63,972 nt of DNA, taken from the NCBI GenBank assembly GCA_051294375.1, contig CM119268.1:368443-432414 (forward strand). The letters are read 5' to 3'. The translations under genes were made by a program, and so were the position numbers. The stretch comes from Paraspadella gotoi. Its lineage: Eukaryota; Animalia; Chaetognatha. Of this stretch, positions 1 to 13,240 are shown piece after piece; the first letter of the stretch is position 1; each line of letters starts with the position of its first letter. The notes beneath the pieces were generated by a model, which saw only the letters and a list, made by a program, of their open reading frames with translations, did not search any database and had not been told where the DNA came from.

Positions 1-1174
1 TCTCGTTCGCACGTTTTTCCACGATTTTTTTCCTTCGAGTCAAGGAGCTCGCGAACAGTAACAACGAATTTAAAATTCTAAAGTCAAACAAATAAAATTT
101 AATTCAAAATCGCCAAGTGTTTTCTACAAACTACGACTTTTCTGTTCTCAAAAGTTATAAAAATATTAGAAAAACGATATTTGAAACGAAAGAGAGAGAA
201 AGAGATAGAAAGAGAAAGAGATAGAAAGAGAATGACAGAAAGAGAAAAATATGAATTGAGAAATAAAAAGAAAATCTGAGCAAAGAGTAATTTTAAACTG
301 ATGAGCGGGGTTTTTTTGTTTGAATTCATACACTAAATGCTAAATGCTAAATACCGGAGGATTTTTCTCATAGTTACATCGTTGAAATTTTTTTTAATGG
401 TTTATAGGCAGTAAGAAATGAAAAAAAGGGAAGAATAATTTTAAAAAATGTTTTCGTCGTATATTTTATTTTTTATTTTTAGTCAGAAATTTTGTATTAT
501 TTTTTTTTCAAATTTCTTCTCCATTTTGAATTTTTGTTTGTAATTTTAAAACAGTTTTTGACGATTTAAAACTTTTCTCATTGCTAATATAAGCGTTTTT
601 ATTGGAATGCAACAAGGTTGATTCAGTACAAAAAACAAACAAAANNNNNNNNNNNNNNNNNNNNNNNNNNNNNNNNNNNNNNNNNNNNNNNNNNNNNNNN
701 NNNNNNNNNNNNNNNNNNNNNNNNNNNNNNNNNNNNNNNNNNNNNNNNNNNNNNNNNNNNNNNNNNNNNNNNNNNNNNNNNNNNNNNNNNNNNNNNNNNN
801 NNNNNNNNNNNNNNNNNNNNNNNNNNNNNNNNNNNNNNNNNNNNNNNNNNNNNNNNNNNNNNNNNNNNNNNNNNNNNNNNNNNNNNNATTGTTAAACATA
901 GTTATTAAGTCATGATAACCAAACAAGTTACGAAGTTTAAGAATACATTCCCATCGATAGTATCCAAAGATTTCCCGAATTTTCTTTTCTTTGTGTTTCT
1001 GTTATTTCAACCTTTTTTTATTTAATTTGATTATTTTAATTAATTTTGTTCCTTTATTTTATTTTTCTCTTTTCCGTTTCTTTTTTATATTTTTTCTTTC
1101 TTTTATTAACTTTTTTCTTTTTATCTTTTCTTTTATTCTCTCACGATTTATGCGTCCCTGCTGTTTGGGGTGAG

Positions 1175-1207
<33 letters not shown>

Positions 1208-4200
1208 NNNNNNNNNNNNNNNNNNNNNTCTCTCTCTCTCTCTCTCTCTCTCTCTAAAATCCCCGGGGAAAAAGTTGATGGACGTCAAGTTTGTAGGAGA
1301 TAAGGCAGGACCAGAGAAAAGATACGGTGCTATCAAGAGAAGAATAGAGAGGGAGAGAGAGGAAAAAAGAGAAAGAGTTAGGAAAAACGAGAGGGAGACA
1401 TAGCAAAAAGAGAGGGAAAGATAGGAAAAAAGTTTGGGAGAGAGAGAGGAAAATAGAGAAGGAGAGATAGGAAAAAAGAGAGGGAGAGATGATAAAATGA
1501 GAGGGAGAGATAAGAAAAAATAAAAGTGGAAATCTCACTATCACTCACTCTACATCTCGCTTTATTTATCTCTCTCTCTCTCTCTCTCTCTCTNNNNNNN
1601 NNNNNNNNNNNNNNNNNNNNNNNNNNNNNNNNNNNNNNNNNNNNNNNNNNNNNNNNNNNNNNNNNNNNNNNNNNNNNNNNNNNNNNNNNNNNNNNNNNNN
1701 NNNNNNNNNNNNNNNNNNNNNNNNNNNNNNNNNNNNNNNNNNNNNNNNNNNNNNNNNNNNNNNNNNNNNNNNNNNNNNNNNNNNNNNNNNNNNNNNNNNN
1801 NNNNNNNNNNNNCGTCGTCGTCGTCATCGTCGTCATCGTCATTTTCGTGTTCGTTGTACAGGAAAAACGTATTTAAAAAAGAAAGTAAGAATATTGAACG
1901 AATTTTTAACTAAGTAACATTTTAACAAACAATTTTCAAAAAAGTTGTGAAAATGTTTTAAAAATATATATTAGATAAAAAATAGGAACGTAAAATTTTT
2001 AATTTCACTCTNNNNNNNNNNNNNNNNNNNNNNNNNNNNNNNNNNNNNNNNNNNNNNNNNNNNNNNNNNNNNNNNNNNNNNNNNNNNNNNNNNNNNNNNN
2101 NNNNNNNNNNNNNNNNNNNNNNNNNNNNNNNNNNNNNNNNNNNNNNNNNNNNNNNNNNNNNNNTTTCTTTTAAAAATATATTTATTATTTTTTTAAATAC
2201 ATGCTTAAAACGCACGCAATTTATTATTTAACACGGGATTGGAATAATCATTAAAATATAACATGATGATGAGGGACCTGTTGTCCTGAGATCTTTTGAT
2301 ATTTCATAAAAAGTCACTAACCAAGACGACGACGACGACGACGACGACAAGGACCTTCTGCAGTGAAATGTTTAAAAATAAAGAGAACTAATTTGTTTGT
2401 AAACAAAAGAGGAAAGAAAAGAGAAAAAAATACGGCCCGGTCATATTTTTTTCCGCAGAGTCAANNNNNNNNNNNNNNNNNNNNNNNNNNNNNNNNNNNN
2501 NNNNNNNNNNNNNNNNNNNNNNNNNNNNNNNNNNNNNNNNNNNNNNNNNNNNNNNNNNNNNNNNNNNNNNNNNNNNNNNNNNNNNNNNNNNNNNNNNNNN
2601 NNNNNNNNNNNNNNNNNNNNNNNNNNNNNNNNNNNNNNNNNNNNNNNNNNNNNNNNNNNNNNNNNNNNNNNNNNNNNNNNNNNNNNNNNNNNNNNNNNNN
2701 NNNNNNNNNNNNNNNNNNNNNNNNNNNNNNNNNNNNNNNNNNNNNNNNNNNNNNNNNNNNNNNNNNNNNNNNNNNNNNNNNNNNNNNNNNNNNNNNNNNN
2801 NNNNNNNNNNNNNNNNNNNNNNNNNNNNNNNNNNNNNNNNNNNNNNNNNNNNNNNNNNNNNNNNNNNNNNNNNNNNNNNNNNNNNNNNNNNNNNNNNNNN
2901 NNNNNNNNNNNNNNNNNNNNNNNNNNNNNNNNNNNNNNNNNNNNNNNNNNNNNNNNNNNNNNNNNNNNNNNNNNNNNNNNNNNNNNNNNNNNNNNTTCTT
3001 TTCTTTTCATTTCTTTTCTTTTCTTTTCTTTTTTTTCTTTTTTTTTCCAGTTTCCCTTTTTAAATGCTCTTGTTTCTCCTTTGTTAAACCAAGAATGGAA
3101 AAGCGACTTCTCTTTTCATTGCTCTCTCTCTCTCTCTCTCTCTNNNNNNNNNNCTCTCTCTCTTTCTCTCTCTCTCTCTCTTTTCCTAAGAAAAGAGAGA
3201 ATTTCTGTTTTTGCTCTCAGTTAAATAATTGCTTTGGCTGCACGTGCCACGTACAAAGGTTCCCGCTGTCTTTCTCTCTCGGTCTCTCTCTCTCTTTCTC
3301 TTTCTCGGAAATGCCTTTTAAAATGAAATTTCTTTTCAAAAAAGGAACTAAACGAAAAAAATACGAAGCGGAAGTCAGAAGAAGAAAAGAGAAAACAAAA
3401 TTTCAATGCAACGCATCGCTATGGGAATATTATTTGGTTGGTCAGTCAATTTTACGATTGGATAATTCTCTTCGCTGATTATTCTTTAGGCGTATTAAGT
3501 TAATTTCTTAAAAAAAATTGTGATGAAATTGCTACAACTTATATAAATATTATCAATTTATTTAATAAATAAGCTATGTTGATTTTTGAAATAATAATTT
3601 ATTGTTATTTTTTAAACTTTTACCAGTACAGTTTATCGTTAAATAAAGACATAAACATTATACTTTGAGCATTGTATTTGAAATTGATACTATTTAGCCA
3701 AAACACATCAATTTTTTAATTAACTTTGCTATTGATATACCCAAATTAAAACTTTTTTCTATTCATAAAAATATAGAATTTTAGGAACGCATCTAAACTT
3801 TCATATCTACATCTGACAATAAAACCCAAATTCCTTCGAAAAAAAAAATCATTTTTTTCCCCCCAAGTTTTTATTTGACATCCATCATCGTTTGTCGACT
3901 GAGGAAAATTTTTTTTGTCACATTTCATGTTTAAGTTATTTTTTCTTTAGCGCTCTCTCTCTCAGTACTAAATATCCCCTCTCTCTCTCTCTNNNNNNNN
4001 NNNNNNNNNNNNNNNNNNNNNNNNNNNNNNNNNNNNNNNNNNNNNNNNNNNNNNNNNNNNNNNNNNNNNNNNNNNNNNNNNNNNNNNNNNNNNNNNNNNN
4101 NNNNNNNNNNNNNNNNNNNNNNNNNNNNNNNNNNNNNNNNNNNNNNNNNNNNNNNNNNNNNNNNNNNNNNNNNNNNNNNNNNNNNNNNNNNNNNNNNNNN

Positions 4201-4209
4201 NNNNNNNNN

Positions 4210-4241
<32 letters not shown>

Positions 4242-4309
4242 ACTCATTCCATTAATTCTTTAGAATCCATTTATTGCGGTTGTGATCTCTCGATCTTGAA
4301 TCTTCTTTC

Positions 4310-5897
4310 GACCTTATTTTCCATGAAGGCCCCATTTTAACTTAAATTCTGAATCAGGTTACTTTTGTGAGTTAAAGACTAGGTTAGTGGTTAGGATTAG
4401 TAATTATGTCAGGGATTACATTAGTTATTAAGGTTAGGAACTTGGTTTGTGATTAGGGTTATGGATTAGGATTAAGATTAGGGTTAGGTGTTGGACATGA
4501 ACTCTAAACTTAAGGTTAGGGGTTAGGGATTAGGGAATAAGGATTAGGGTTAAGGTTAGGGATTAGAATTAGCGATTAGGGTTATGGTTAGGGATTAGCA
4601 AGATAGAGGGGCGTTTACCGCCACAGCTCTTCCCCATACCCGTCGTCGCCTCCTCCTCATCCTCTCGTCATCCCCTCTTCATCCCTCCGGCAACCCTCGG
4701 GCCTGGACCAAGGAATTCTCTCTCAGCTCAGCTCTCCGGGAGTTAGGCAGAGTCGCGCTCAACCCACAAGTCAGGGCACAAGAAACCTCCCTATCTTTAC
4801 TTACCTCTTTTACCTAATGAAAGACTAGATTAGGTTTAGGATTAGGGTTAAGGCTTAGAGGTTAGGGATTAGGGATGGGGATTAGGGTGAGGGATTAAGG
4901 TTAGGGATAGGGATTAGGGTTAGGGTTAGGGGTTAAGGTTAGGCATTAGGATTAGGATTAGGGTTAGTAATTAGGGTTATGGTTAGGGATTAGTATCAGG
5001 GTTAGGGATTTGGGTTAGGGGTGGGGTATAGGTAGGGGGAGCCTAACTCAGTAAGGTGGTTAAGAAATTTGAATTAAGCACCTGCTCAAACGAAAATTTA
5101 GACATTTTTTAAAAAAATGGAATAGACAAAACATTTTAATATTACTCCATACTCCATATATTAATTTTTTAATATTTATTTATAAATAGGAAAGGCTAAA
5201 ATTTTTTTTAGGATTTTTTTATTTTTAGGATATGATTCAAAAAGTTGTCTGCACAAAGTATAATTATTTTCTCGATATTTTGATCATAAGTGGGTGAAAA
5301 ATATGAAAAACTATTTATAATCATCATCATCATCAATTTTATTACTTTTTCTTTATTTTGACCTAGAAAACATAAAACTTTTTGAAAGTGGTAATTATAT
5401 ATTTTTTATTTAACTTTTTAAGCTCTATCAGAATCCATCAAAAAAAGTTAAGATTGAATAAAAAAATTTTTATTATTTTATAATAATTTTGTAATTTTGA
5501 TAACAACAATAAAAGCATTAAAATAAAACTTTTTTAAAAAATTATTTATTCACCTGAAAGTAGACTTCAAGACTAAAGTTTTGAACCCCCGCCCCTATTG
5601 AATTTAATTTCATAGTAGATTTCTAGTATAGGGTTAGGGATTAGGGTTTTGGTTAGGGAATAGGATAGGATTAGGATTAGGGATTCGGGATGGGGATGAG
5701 GGTTAGGGATGAGGGTTAGGGATTAGGGTTAAGGTTAGGGATTAGGATTAAGATTAGGGTTAGGGACTAGGGTTAGGGATTAGAGTTAGGGTTAGGGATT
5801 AGTTTATAAGTCTAAAAAATATTTAGATTAAATATAATAAATAATATTAATTCTGGGAAAAACTAACAAAAATGGGACACTCTCGAATAAGTGAGCC
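4310..5897 (-). mobile_element. Non-autonomous short-TIR element with degenerate (TTAGGG)n core; contains nested insertions
   Basis: Ends gaccttattttccatgaaggccccatttt (~4310) and aaaaatgggacactctcgaataagtgagcc (~5868-5897) are imperfect ~28 bp inverted repeats that match the ends of the copies at 29295-29824 and 54750-55395. Degenerate TTAGGG/TTAGGA tracts at 4380-4600, 4830-5030 and 5630-5800. Confidence 0.6.
5030..5625. mobile_element. Probable AT-rich MITE-like insertion inside the telomere-like tract
   Basis: Very AT-rich block that interrupts the TTAGGG-like array, with a G-rich left end (taggtagggggag) and a C-rich right end (ccccgcccctat). The inverted match is weak. Confidence 0.3.
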
Positions 5898-6174
5898 CAT
5901 TTTTTATCTCTTAGTTGTTCGTGTGCAGAAGTAGGACATACAGTAAATATGCTTACAATTTATACTTTATTGTTTTCCCTTTAATAACTATTTCGGAACT
6001 GCTTCATTAAATAATACAAGTCAAGTTAAACGTTTTCACAATACTTAAAAACAATTATTTGTTTTTTAATCGAATATTCATATAAAAAATTCTGATTTCA
6101 CTAAAGTCCTTTTTTTAAATTTTTGTCGCTTTTGGAATTGTCTTTATTTGTCTTTAATTATGAAATAAAATTCA

Positions 6175-6345
6175 GAGAGAAAAGAATTTATTTGTGCAAC
6201 AACTTTTATTGTTAGTATACATACATGTTTCGACTTTTGTAAAAGTCTTCTTCAGTGCTTATTTTGTTTGTGAAAGGAGACAAATTTTGTTTCACAAGTA
6301 AACTGTGAGAGACTTAATAAATAAGTAAGTAGATAACTGCACACA
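6175..6345 (-). mobile_element. Short Penelope-like retroelement remnant with hammerhead ribozyme
   Basis: Flanked by exact 15 bp direct repeat atgaaataaaattca (6160-6174 and 6346-6360). Contains a hammerhead core on the minus strand followed by AATAAA and GTTGTTG. Confidence 0.7.
6219..6258 (-). ncRNA. Minimal type I hammerhead ribozyme motif (Penelope-type)
   Basis: Minus strand reads GCA CUGAAGA A GACUUUU-ACA-AAAGUC GAAA CAUG UA/UGU: intact CUGANGA and GAAA boxes, stem II, palindromic ACAUGU stem III, GUA cleavage triplet. Stem I is short. Confidence 0.7.
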
Positions 6346-6364
6346 ATGAAATAAAATTCAAATA

Positions 6365-7312
6365 CATGGTGACAATTTTACAAGCGCCGGTAGAAATACG
6401 CTGTCATTTGCAAACCAGTGGTTATTTCTTTAATTTTAAAAATTAGTTGAGTAGAACATATTTAAGTCATTTATGTGTTCAAATTTTATATTGATCAGTT
6501 AAGATATGCCTTAGCAATGAGTGGAGAAAGTTGGCTTGTAAAATCGGGTTTCAGTTTCCAACTCACTGTTTTTAAATTCTTTTTTTTTAAACTTTTAGCT
6601 CTTTTTTAAACAAAATATTTATTAAGATATTAACAATATTAATATCCTCAGAAAGCCTTTAAAAAAATGAAGAGAATAATATACTTACGAAAGCTCTAAC
6701 ATAAAAATTAAGCCTTGATTCAATTAAGCGAGTCAAAAGTTAATTATCTAAAATTTTAAATCTTTTTTTAAAATATATGACCTGATTAAATTATTATAAC
6801 ATAAAATATTATTATTTATATAAGTATCATGAAAGAGCCTGAAAAAAGGAGATTTAAGATAGCCAATCACAATTTGATAAAAATCTTAAATTTACCCTCC
6901 AGCTATTGATTTTTGGAAAGATGTTTTGTTTTTGAGTATCCTAATAAAATTAAAGCTGGGCTGGTTAAATTTTATACTACAGTATTTGAAAGTATGTCAT
7001 TCTCTTTAGATTTGAAAGGGCTTTCAGAATATAATAATATTAATATTATTTTATTTTAAATTTCTTCAGAAAACTTACTGAAAGTAAGAAAAAAAATTGA
7101 ATTTAAAAAAGTGAGTTAGAAAATGAAACCCGATTTTACAATCCAAATTTCTCCACTCATTGCCAAGGCATATCTTAACTGATCAATGTAAAATTTGAAC
7201 ACATAAATGACTTTAATATGTTCTACTGAACTAATTTTTAAAATCAATGAACTAACCACTGGTTTGCAAATGACAGCGTATTTCTACCGGCGCTTGTAAA
7301 ATTGTCACCATG
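6365..7312. mobile_element. MITE with long terminal inverted repeats and TA target duplication (Tc1/mariner-type)
   Basis: TA|CATGGTGACAATTTTACAAGCGCCGGTAGAAATACGCTGTCATTTGCAAACCAGTGG at the left, and its exact reverse complement ending CACCATG|TA at 7312. High identity over ~205 bp (6365-6570 vs 7111-7312), decaying inward. No ORF. Confidence 0.9.
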
Positions 7313-7796
7313 TATATATTTAAAAATATCTTTCCTTTTTTTTCTTTCACCTTTTGTCGCCTTATTCTCTTTCCTTTTTTTCCCTTCTTTCTTTTCTTGT
7401 CTTTTCTTTTCTTTTCTTTTCTTTTCTTTTCTTTTCTTTTCTTTTCTTTTCTTTTCTTTTCTTTTCTTTTCTATTCTTTTATTTTTTTTTCTTTTCTTTT
7501 CGTGTCTTTTCTTGTCTTTTTTTGTCTTTTCTTTCCTTTCCTCTGCTTTACTTTCCCTTCCTTTCCTTTCCTTTCCTTTCCTTTCCTTTCCTTTCCTTTC
7601 CTTTCCTTTCCTTTTCCTTTCCTTTCTTTTCCATTACTTTTTCCTATTTGGCCCAAATCTTATCTCAATTTTGTTTCAAATTCTAAAAAATTCTACTCTT
7701 CATTTGAGTATTTTTTTTCATTTGCAAATTTCTCCGTTTGTCATTGAATTTTTTTCCCTGGTAAACATTGTCGCCACGGATTTACACTCTCTCTCT

Positions 7797-7844
<48 letters not shown>

Positions 7845-7960
7845 CTCATAGAATTTGAATTTGTCCTCGCTTCCCGGATTAACAAGTCTCAAGTCCTTTC
7901 CTTGGCACTTCTGTTCCCTTAATCCTCTGATTTACTTTTCTTCTTCTTCTGCTTCTTCTT

Positions 7961-8027
<67 letters not shown>

Positions 8028-8052
8028 CTATGATATATATAATATATATATA

Positions 8053-8093
<41 letters not shown>

Positions 8094-8199
8094 GATAAAA
8101 AAGAATGAGCGTTTTCAGATTCACATGACTTAGATGTGGCCTCTTTATTTTTTGTCCAGGAGTGTATATAAACGTTGTGCGTCAAAATAACATTTTTCG

Positions 8200-8863
8200 C
8201 AGGATCTGCTTACAGCAGACCCCGACTCTATAATTCACTTTGTCGGTATGTCGGTCCGCCCCCCAATCTTGTCAGAATCATGTCAGAACATTGAATTATG
8301 ATAAATTTGGAAAAAAATGTTTTAAGTCCGTCCGTCCGTCTGTCTGTCTAATCGTCTGTCTGTCTGTCCGTCTGTCCGTCCCACCTCAACAAAAAACACC
8401 AACTACTCGTGATTTGATGGATGGTTTGGAATGAAATGTTGTTTGTGGGTAGGAAAGTGTGTGATTGAACAGGAAATAAAGTTTCGATGGAATCGTCCAA
8501 GTGGAAATGAGTTAAAACGGAAAAAACAAACAATATATTTCACTATTTGATTATGTTTTTTTCTTTTCATATTAAATGTAAATTCAAGGTGCATTAATTC
8601 ATTATTAATAAATAAGTAATTAATTAATTTTTCATTATTTGTAATTAATTAATTAATCAATTTTTTTTGTGAATGAAATTGTTGTTTTGTGATTGAGAGG
8701 CGAGAAAAAGTGGAAAACGATTTTGACACAAATAAAAAACTAATATTAATTGATTAATTAATTAGTTAATTATTTAATTAAATAATTAATTAAATAATTA
8801 TCTGATTAGCTGCTTACCGCGAATGACGAGGGCAGTTCCGGTATTGTTTGCTCAAATTTTGTT
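8200..8863 (+). mobile_element. Helentron-associated (DINE-1/HINE-like) non-autonomous element
   Basis: 5' hairpin ggatctgct-tac-agcagacc, (GTCY)n microsatellite at 8326-8380, one ~155 bp core unit, 3' end gggcagttccggtattgtttgctcaaat. Homologous to 13925-14968. Confidence 0.8.
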
Positions 8864-9067
8864 AACGTTAAAATTGATTTTCTCAATGTAAGTAAATAAT
8901 TAATGATATAGCTTAATAAAAATATCAAAAGATACATTGATCGCAATCCCCAGAGGTTTTTTTAAATATGGGTATAATAATATATCAAACAAAATATTTT
9001 CTTAATATGATAAATATTTCTTTTTAAAAAACTGTCATAAAAATCGAGAAGGACAGATTTTCCGTAA

Positions 9068-9325
9068 CATATTCATTTTCCTTATGACGACATTCATTTT
9101 CCAAGATAGTATATTTCTCTTCTCTTCTTCCTTTTGGCGACATATTAATTTTCTAAATGATATATTTCTCTTCTCTTCTTCCTTTTGGCAATATATTCAT
9201 TTTCCAAGATGGTATATTTCTTTTCTCTTTTGCCTTATGACGACATTCATTTTCCAAGATATTTTTCTTCTCCTTTTCCTTTTGGCGATATATTCATTTT
9301 CCAAGATAGTATATTTCTCTTCTCT
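9068..9325. repeat. ~57 bp minisatellite, 4-5 copies
   Basis: Recurring cattcattttccaagatagtatatttctcttctcttcttccttttggcga. Confidence 0.85.
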
Positions 9326-9381
9326 TCACCATAAATAGTCATAACCTTAATAATTTGTTTTCTCTCTTTCTCTCTCTTCTT

Positions 9382-9448
<67 letters not shown>

Positions 9449-9570
9449 TCTCTCTCTCTTTTTCTCTCTCTCTCTCTCTCTCATTTCTGGGAAAATTGGA
9501 TTCCTTTTTTTTCTGCCGAAACTCGAACCCGTTGACGCACGGATCAAAGTGAGAGCGAGAAGGAGTCATT

Positions 9571-9645
<75 letters not shown>

Positions 9646-9857
9646 TCTTCTCTCTCTCTCCTCTCTCTCTCCTCTAAAGGATCAAAGACGGAGCGGAACG
9701 TCGCCACTTTTTTCCCCACCACGATTAATCGAAAATCAGGCCGAATTTTTTGATGGAATTTTTCTCTCCGTCTCTCTCCTGTCTCTCTCTCCTCTCTCTC
9801 TCTCTCTCTCCTTCTCTCTCCTGTTTTCTTTCTTTCTCGTTTCATCTATCTCTCTCT

Positions 9858-9902
<45 letters not shown>

Positions 9903-10421
9903 CTCTTCTCTCTCTCTCTCCCACATCTCTCCTTTCTACTGGCCTCAACTGTGATTGGCAGATCAGACATGAACCAATTTAGAATGAAAAGGATTTTTGT
10001 CGCAGAAAAAAAACCATCAAATGCCTTAAAACGCTGTCACTCACAGTGAGAAAGAGAGAGAAAGAGACTGGGAGAGAGAGAGGGATAGAAAGAGAGAGAG
10101 TGGGAGAGAAGAAGAGAGAGAAAGAAGAGAGAGAGAGAGAGATAGAAAGGCGACTTAAATAGAAAATTAAACATTTTATTTATTTTCATTTATGTATTAT
10201 TCCGAGGCCGAGGCGCGTTGCGTGCCCTTTCCGTTGGGCGAGAGGGTGTTGTAAATCTCAAGCGCCATATAATTATATTGAAGAAATAATAATAATAAAA
10301 TAAAATAAAATAAAAAAAAGGAATTAATTAAAAGCGAAACAAAAAAAAATCTCCGGAGAATCGAGTTTTCGTCTCTCAGGAGCGATAATTAGAAATCGGT
10401 CGGATTGAATTTCATTTCCGA

Positions 10422-10512
<91 letters not shown>

Positions 10513-10643
10513 GACCCAAATATTCAGTCCCTGCGAAAATCGTAAAGACAGAGAAAGGAGACGCTGAATAAAAAATATTAAAAATTAAAAAAATTAAAAA
10601 TTTCTTTTTATTCTATAATATTTTTCATATTTCTACTTTTCAG

Positions 10644-11681
10644 GCTTAAACGTCGCATGACTGAGTTGTCCATTCTTGTGATAGGACTCGGTTATCGTTG
10701 GTACGAACCCTTCCCGAATTATCCTGTAGTCGAGCATTGCAATAAGCTGACCCCGTCATAAGCATGACACCTTCAGTCGTGACCAGGTTGCTCACTTATT
10801 AATACCATCAGCTCATGATATTTAGTTCCCGAAATCGATCCCCAATTGTACCGTGATAGATCCCCAATTGTACTGCGATCGATCCCCAATTGTAACGTGA
10901 TCGATCCCCAATTGTACCGAGATCGATCCCCAATTGTACCGAGATCGATCCCCAATTTTACCGCGATCGATCCCCAATTGTACCGCGATCGATCCCCAAT
11001 TGTACCAAGATCGATCCCCAATTGTACCGCGATAGATCCCTAATTGTACCGAGATCGATCCCCAATTGTACCGCGATCGATCCCCAAGTGTACCGAGATA
11101 GATCCCCAATGGTACCTCCCCAGCGTGAAGCGTGAGGACGGCCGTAAACCGCCTTGGGGTCGTGAAAAACCCTCTCCTCCTCTTCCTCTTCCTCCTCCCA
11201 TAAACTCCTCAATCGTTGATCTCCTCATAAATTTTGTTTCTTCGACTTGGAATCCAATAATCTTCGTTCCGTTGGTCGGTCTGTCTGTCTCCCGGTCGGT
11301 CCGTCTGTCCCTCTTGGTTGCTCTGTCTCTCTCTCGGTCGGTTGGTCTGTCTCTCTGTCGATATGTATTTCAGTAGGACGATCTGTCTGCCTCGCAGTTG
11401 GTTCCGTTGGTTTATCTGTGGATCAGTTGGTCAGTCTCTCTCCATTTTGTCTGTCTGTTTGTCTCTCTCCATTCTGTCTGTCGGTCTGTCTCTCTCCATT
11501 CTGTCTGTCGGTTTGTCTCTCTCCATTCTGTCTGTCGGTCTGTCTCTCTCCATTCTGTCTGTCGGTCTGTCTCTCTCCATTCTGTCTGTCGGTCCGTCTC
11601 TCGGTCACCAGCTGCAAGGAAAGTAACGTGTGTACGTGTCATGTAGAAATGTGTAGAGATTTCGGAATTCAAGAGAAATGA
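10644..11681 (+). CDS. Candidate 3' exons of an unidentified gene (10644-10700, 11124-11270, 11612-11681)
   Basis: Acceptors ttctacttttcag, acctccccag and ggtcaccag; donors gtacga and gttggt (weak). All junctions are phase 2. Spliced peptide LKRRMTELSILVIGLGYRCVKREDGRKPPWGREKPSPPLPLPPPINSSIVDLLINFVSSTWNPIIFVPCKESNVCTCHVEMCRDFGIQEK*. The putative introns coincide with minisatellites. No family recognised. Confidence 0.3.
10833..11112. repeat. 22 bp minisatellite, ~13 copies
   Basis: Unit gatcgatccccaattgtaccg(c/a), with no unique spacers. Confidence 0.95.
11433..11600. repeat. 27 bp minisatellite, ~6 copies
   Basis: Unit gtctctctccattctgtctgtcggtct. Confidence 0.95.
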
Positions 11682-12569
11682 TAAAAATTGTTAATCAAAA
11701 ATATTGGAGAAAAAGGAAAGAGAGAGACAGAGAGAGACAGAGACAAAGAGAGAAACATTAACAACCTCCGTCTCCATCTCCATCGTCTCAGACAGAGACA
11801 GAGTCACCCTACATCTCCCTCTCCCAAGTCTTAAACTTTTTCCCACCAAAGGGAGAATCCGTTTCCGGAGGCCAAACAATAAATTCCAAAGGGTCACAAT
11901 TCCTTCTTTTCTTTCTTTCTTTTTTTCTTATTTTCTTTTTTTATTTCTTTTTTTTTCTTTCTTTTTTTTTTTTTTCCTTTTTCTTTATTTTTCTTTTATT
12001 GACTTTCTCTTTCTTTCTTTTTCTTTTATTTTCTTTTTTTTTCCCTTTGTTTTCTTGCTTTTGTTTTTGATCGCTTTCCTGGTCCTTTAAGAGACAGTGA
12101 CAGAGAGAGAGAGAGTTTTTTTATTTATTTTAAAACTTTCACCAAACAGTATATTTTAACACTTATCTTTATGTTCATATCTGTTTTTATATTTCCCACT
12201 TCTATTACTTTTCATTTCATTTCCTTTATCACTTCGAACATTTTTATTTTCATTTATCACTTCTATCACGTTTATGACTATATATCTCTTTTTATTTCAA
12301 TCATTATCTCGTATATCATTGCTATCACTTTTATCACGTCTATCACGCCTATCAATTTTACCTCAACTATCACGTCTAATACTTTATCACATCTGTCATC
12401 CCTATCACTTTTATCACTTCTTTTTATCTAATTTAACATTCCTATCACTTTTATCACTATCCCAATGACCCACATTCGTCGACTCGTGTTTCTTCGATAT
12501 TTAATCATCGTAAATCATTTCATGCGAAATCAACAAGACGACGACGACGACGACGACGACAAAATGACA

Positions 12570-12635
12570 CCGCAGCCGCCGCAGCCGCCGCAGCCGCCGC
12601 AGCCGCCGCAGCCGCCGCAGCCGCCGCAGCCGCCA
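12570..12635. repeat. 9 bp GC-rich tandem repeat (ccgcagccg)x7
   Basis: Perfect repeat following a (GAC)n run. Confidence 0.95.
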
Positions 12636-13240
12636 CGACATAATAAACCTCGTCTTTTCTCCAAAATTTCCGCTTATTTATTTTTATTTCTCGCGGCAAT
12701 GACTCCCTCTCTCTTTCTCTCTTTCTTTCTCCCTCTCTCCCTCTCTCCTTCTCTCCCTCTCTCTCTCTTCATTTGTCGTCCAATCTTTCATCATTTATTC
12801 ACTTTTTCATTTTCTTTTTTATTTCTTCCACACAAAAAAATATTGTTTATTTCGTAGTAATTTTTTTCCCTTTCTGTTGATAATCTTCCTTCTGTGATAA
12901 GAGAAACAGAGAGAAAGAGAGAGAGATAGAGAGAGTTTGAAAAATAACAAATAGAATACAAACGGATGGGATCTTTTTTTATCTGTTTAACTTAGCCTCT
13001 TGTGATATTTTCTTTCACTTTATGTTTTTTCGTTTTTTTTGTATTTCATTTTGTAATTGTGATTAATTTTTAATAATTAATTATTTTAATTATTTTAATT
13101 TAATAATTTTAATAATAATTTAATTAACACTTAACAAACAACAATACATTTAGTATACAAGCTATATTGACTACTTTGGTCAGGCTATGGGGCTGTAAGT
13201 CTTTAAAAACTTGAAAAATTTAAATAGAGAAAAGAAAACA

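Noticed and set aside
546-4263. ORFs spanning N gaps
   Set aside because: Their length is an artefact of translating Ns.
4380-5800. True telomere or chromosome end
   Set aside because: Tracts are degenerate, internal, and enclosed by termini shared with other dispersed copies.
10833-11112. Regular partly palindromic 22 bp repeats resembling a CRISPR array
   Set aside because: Units are directly adjacent with no unique spacers, there are no cas genes, and the context is eukaryotic.
12564-12700. MTPQPPQPP... short ORF with aaaATG context
   Set aside because: Driven by a 9 bp repeat, has no splice donor, and runs into a (CT)n tract.
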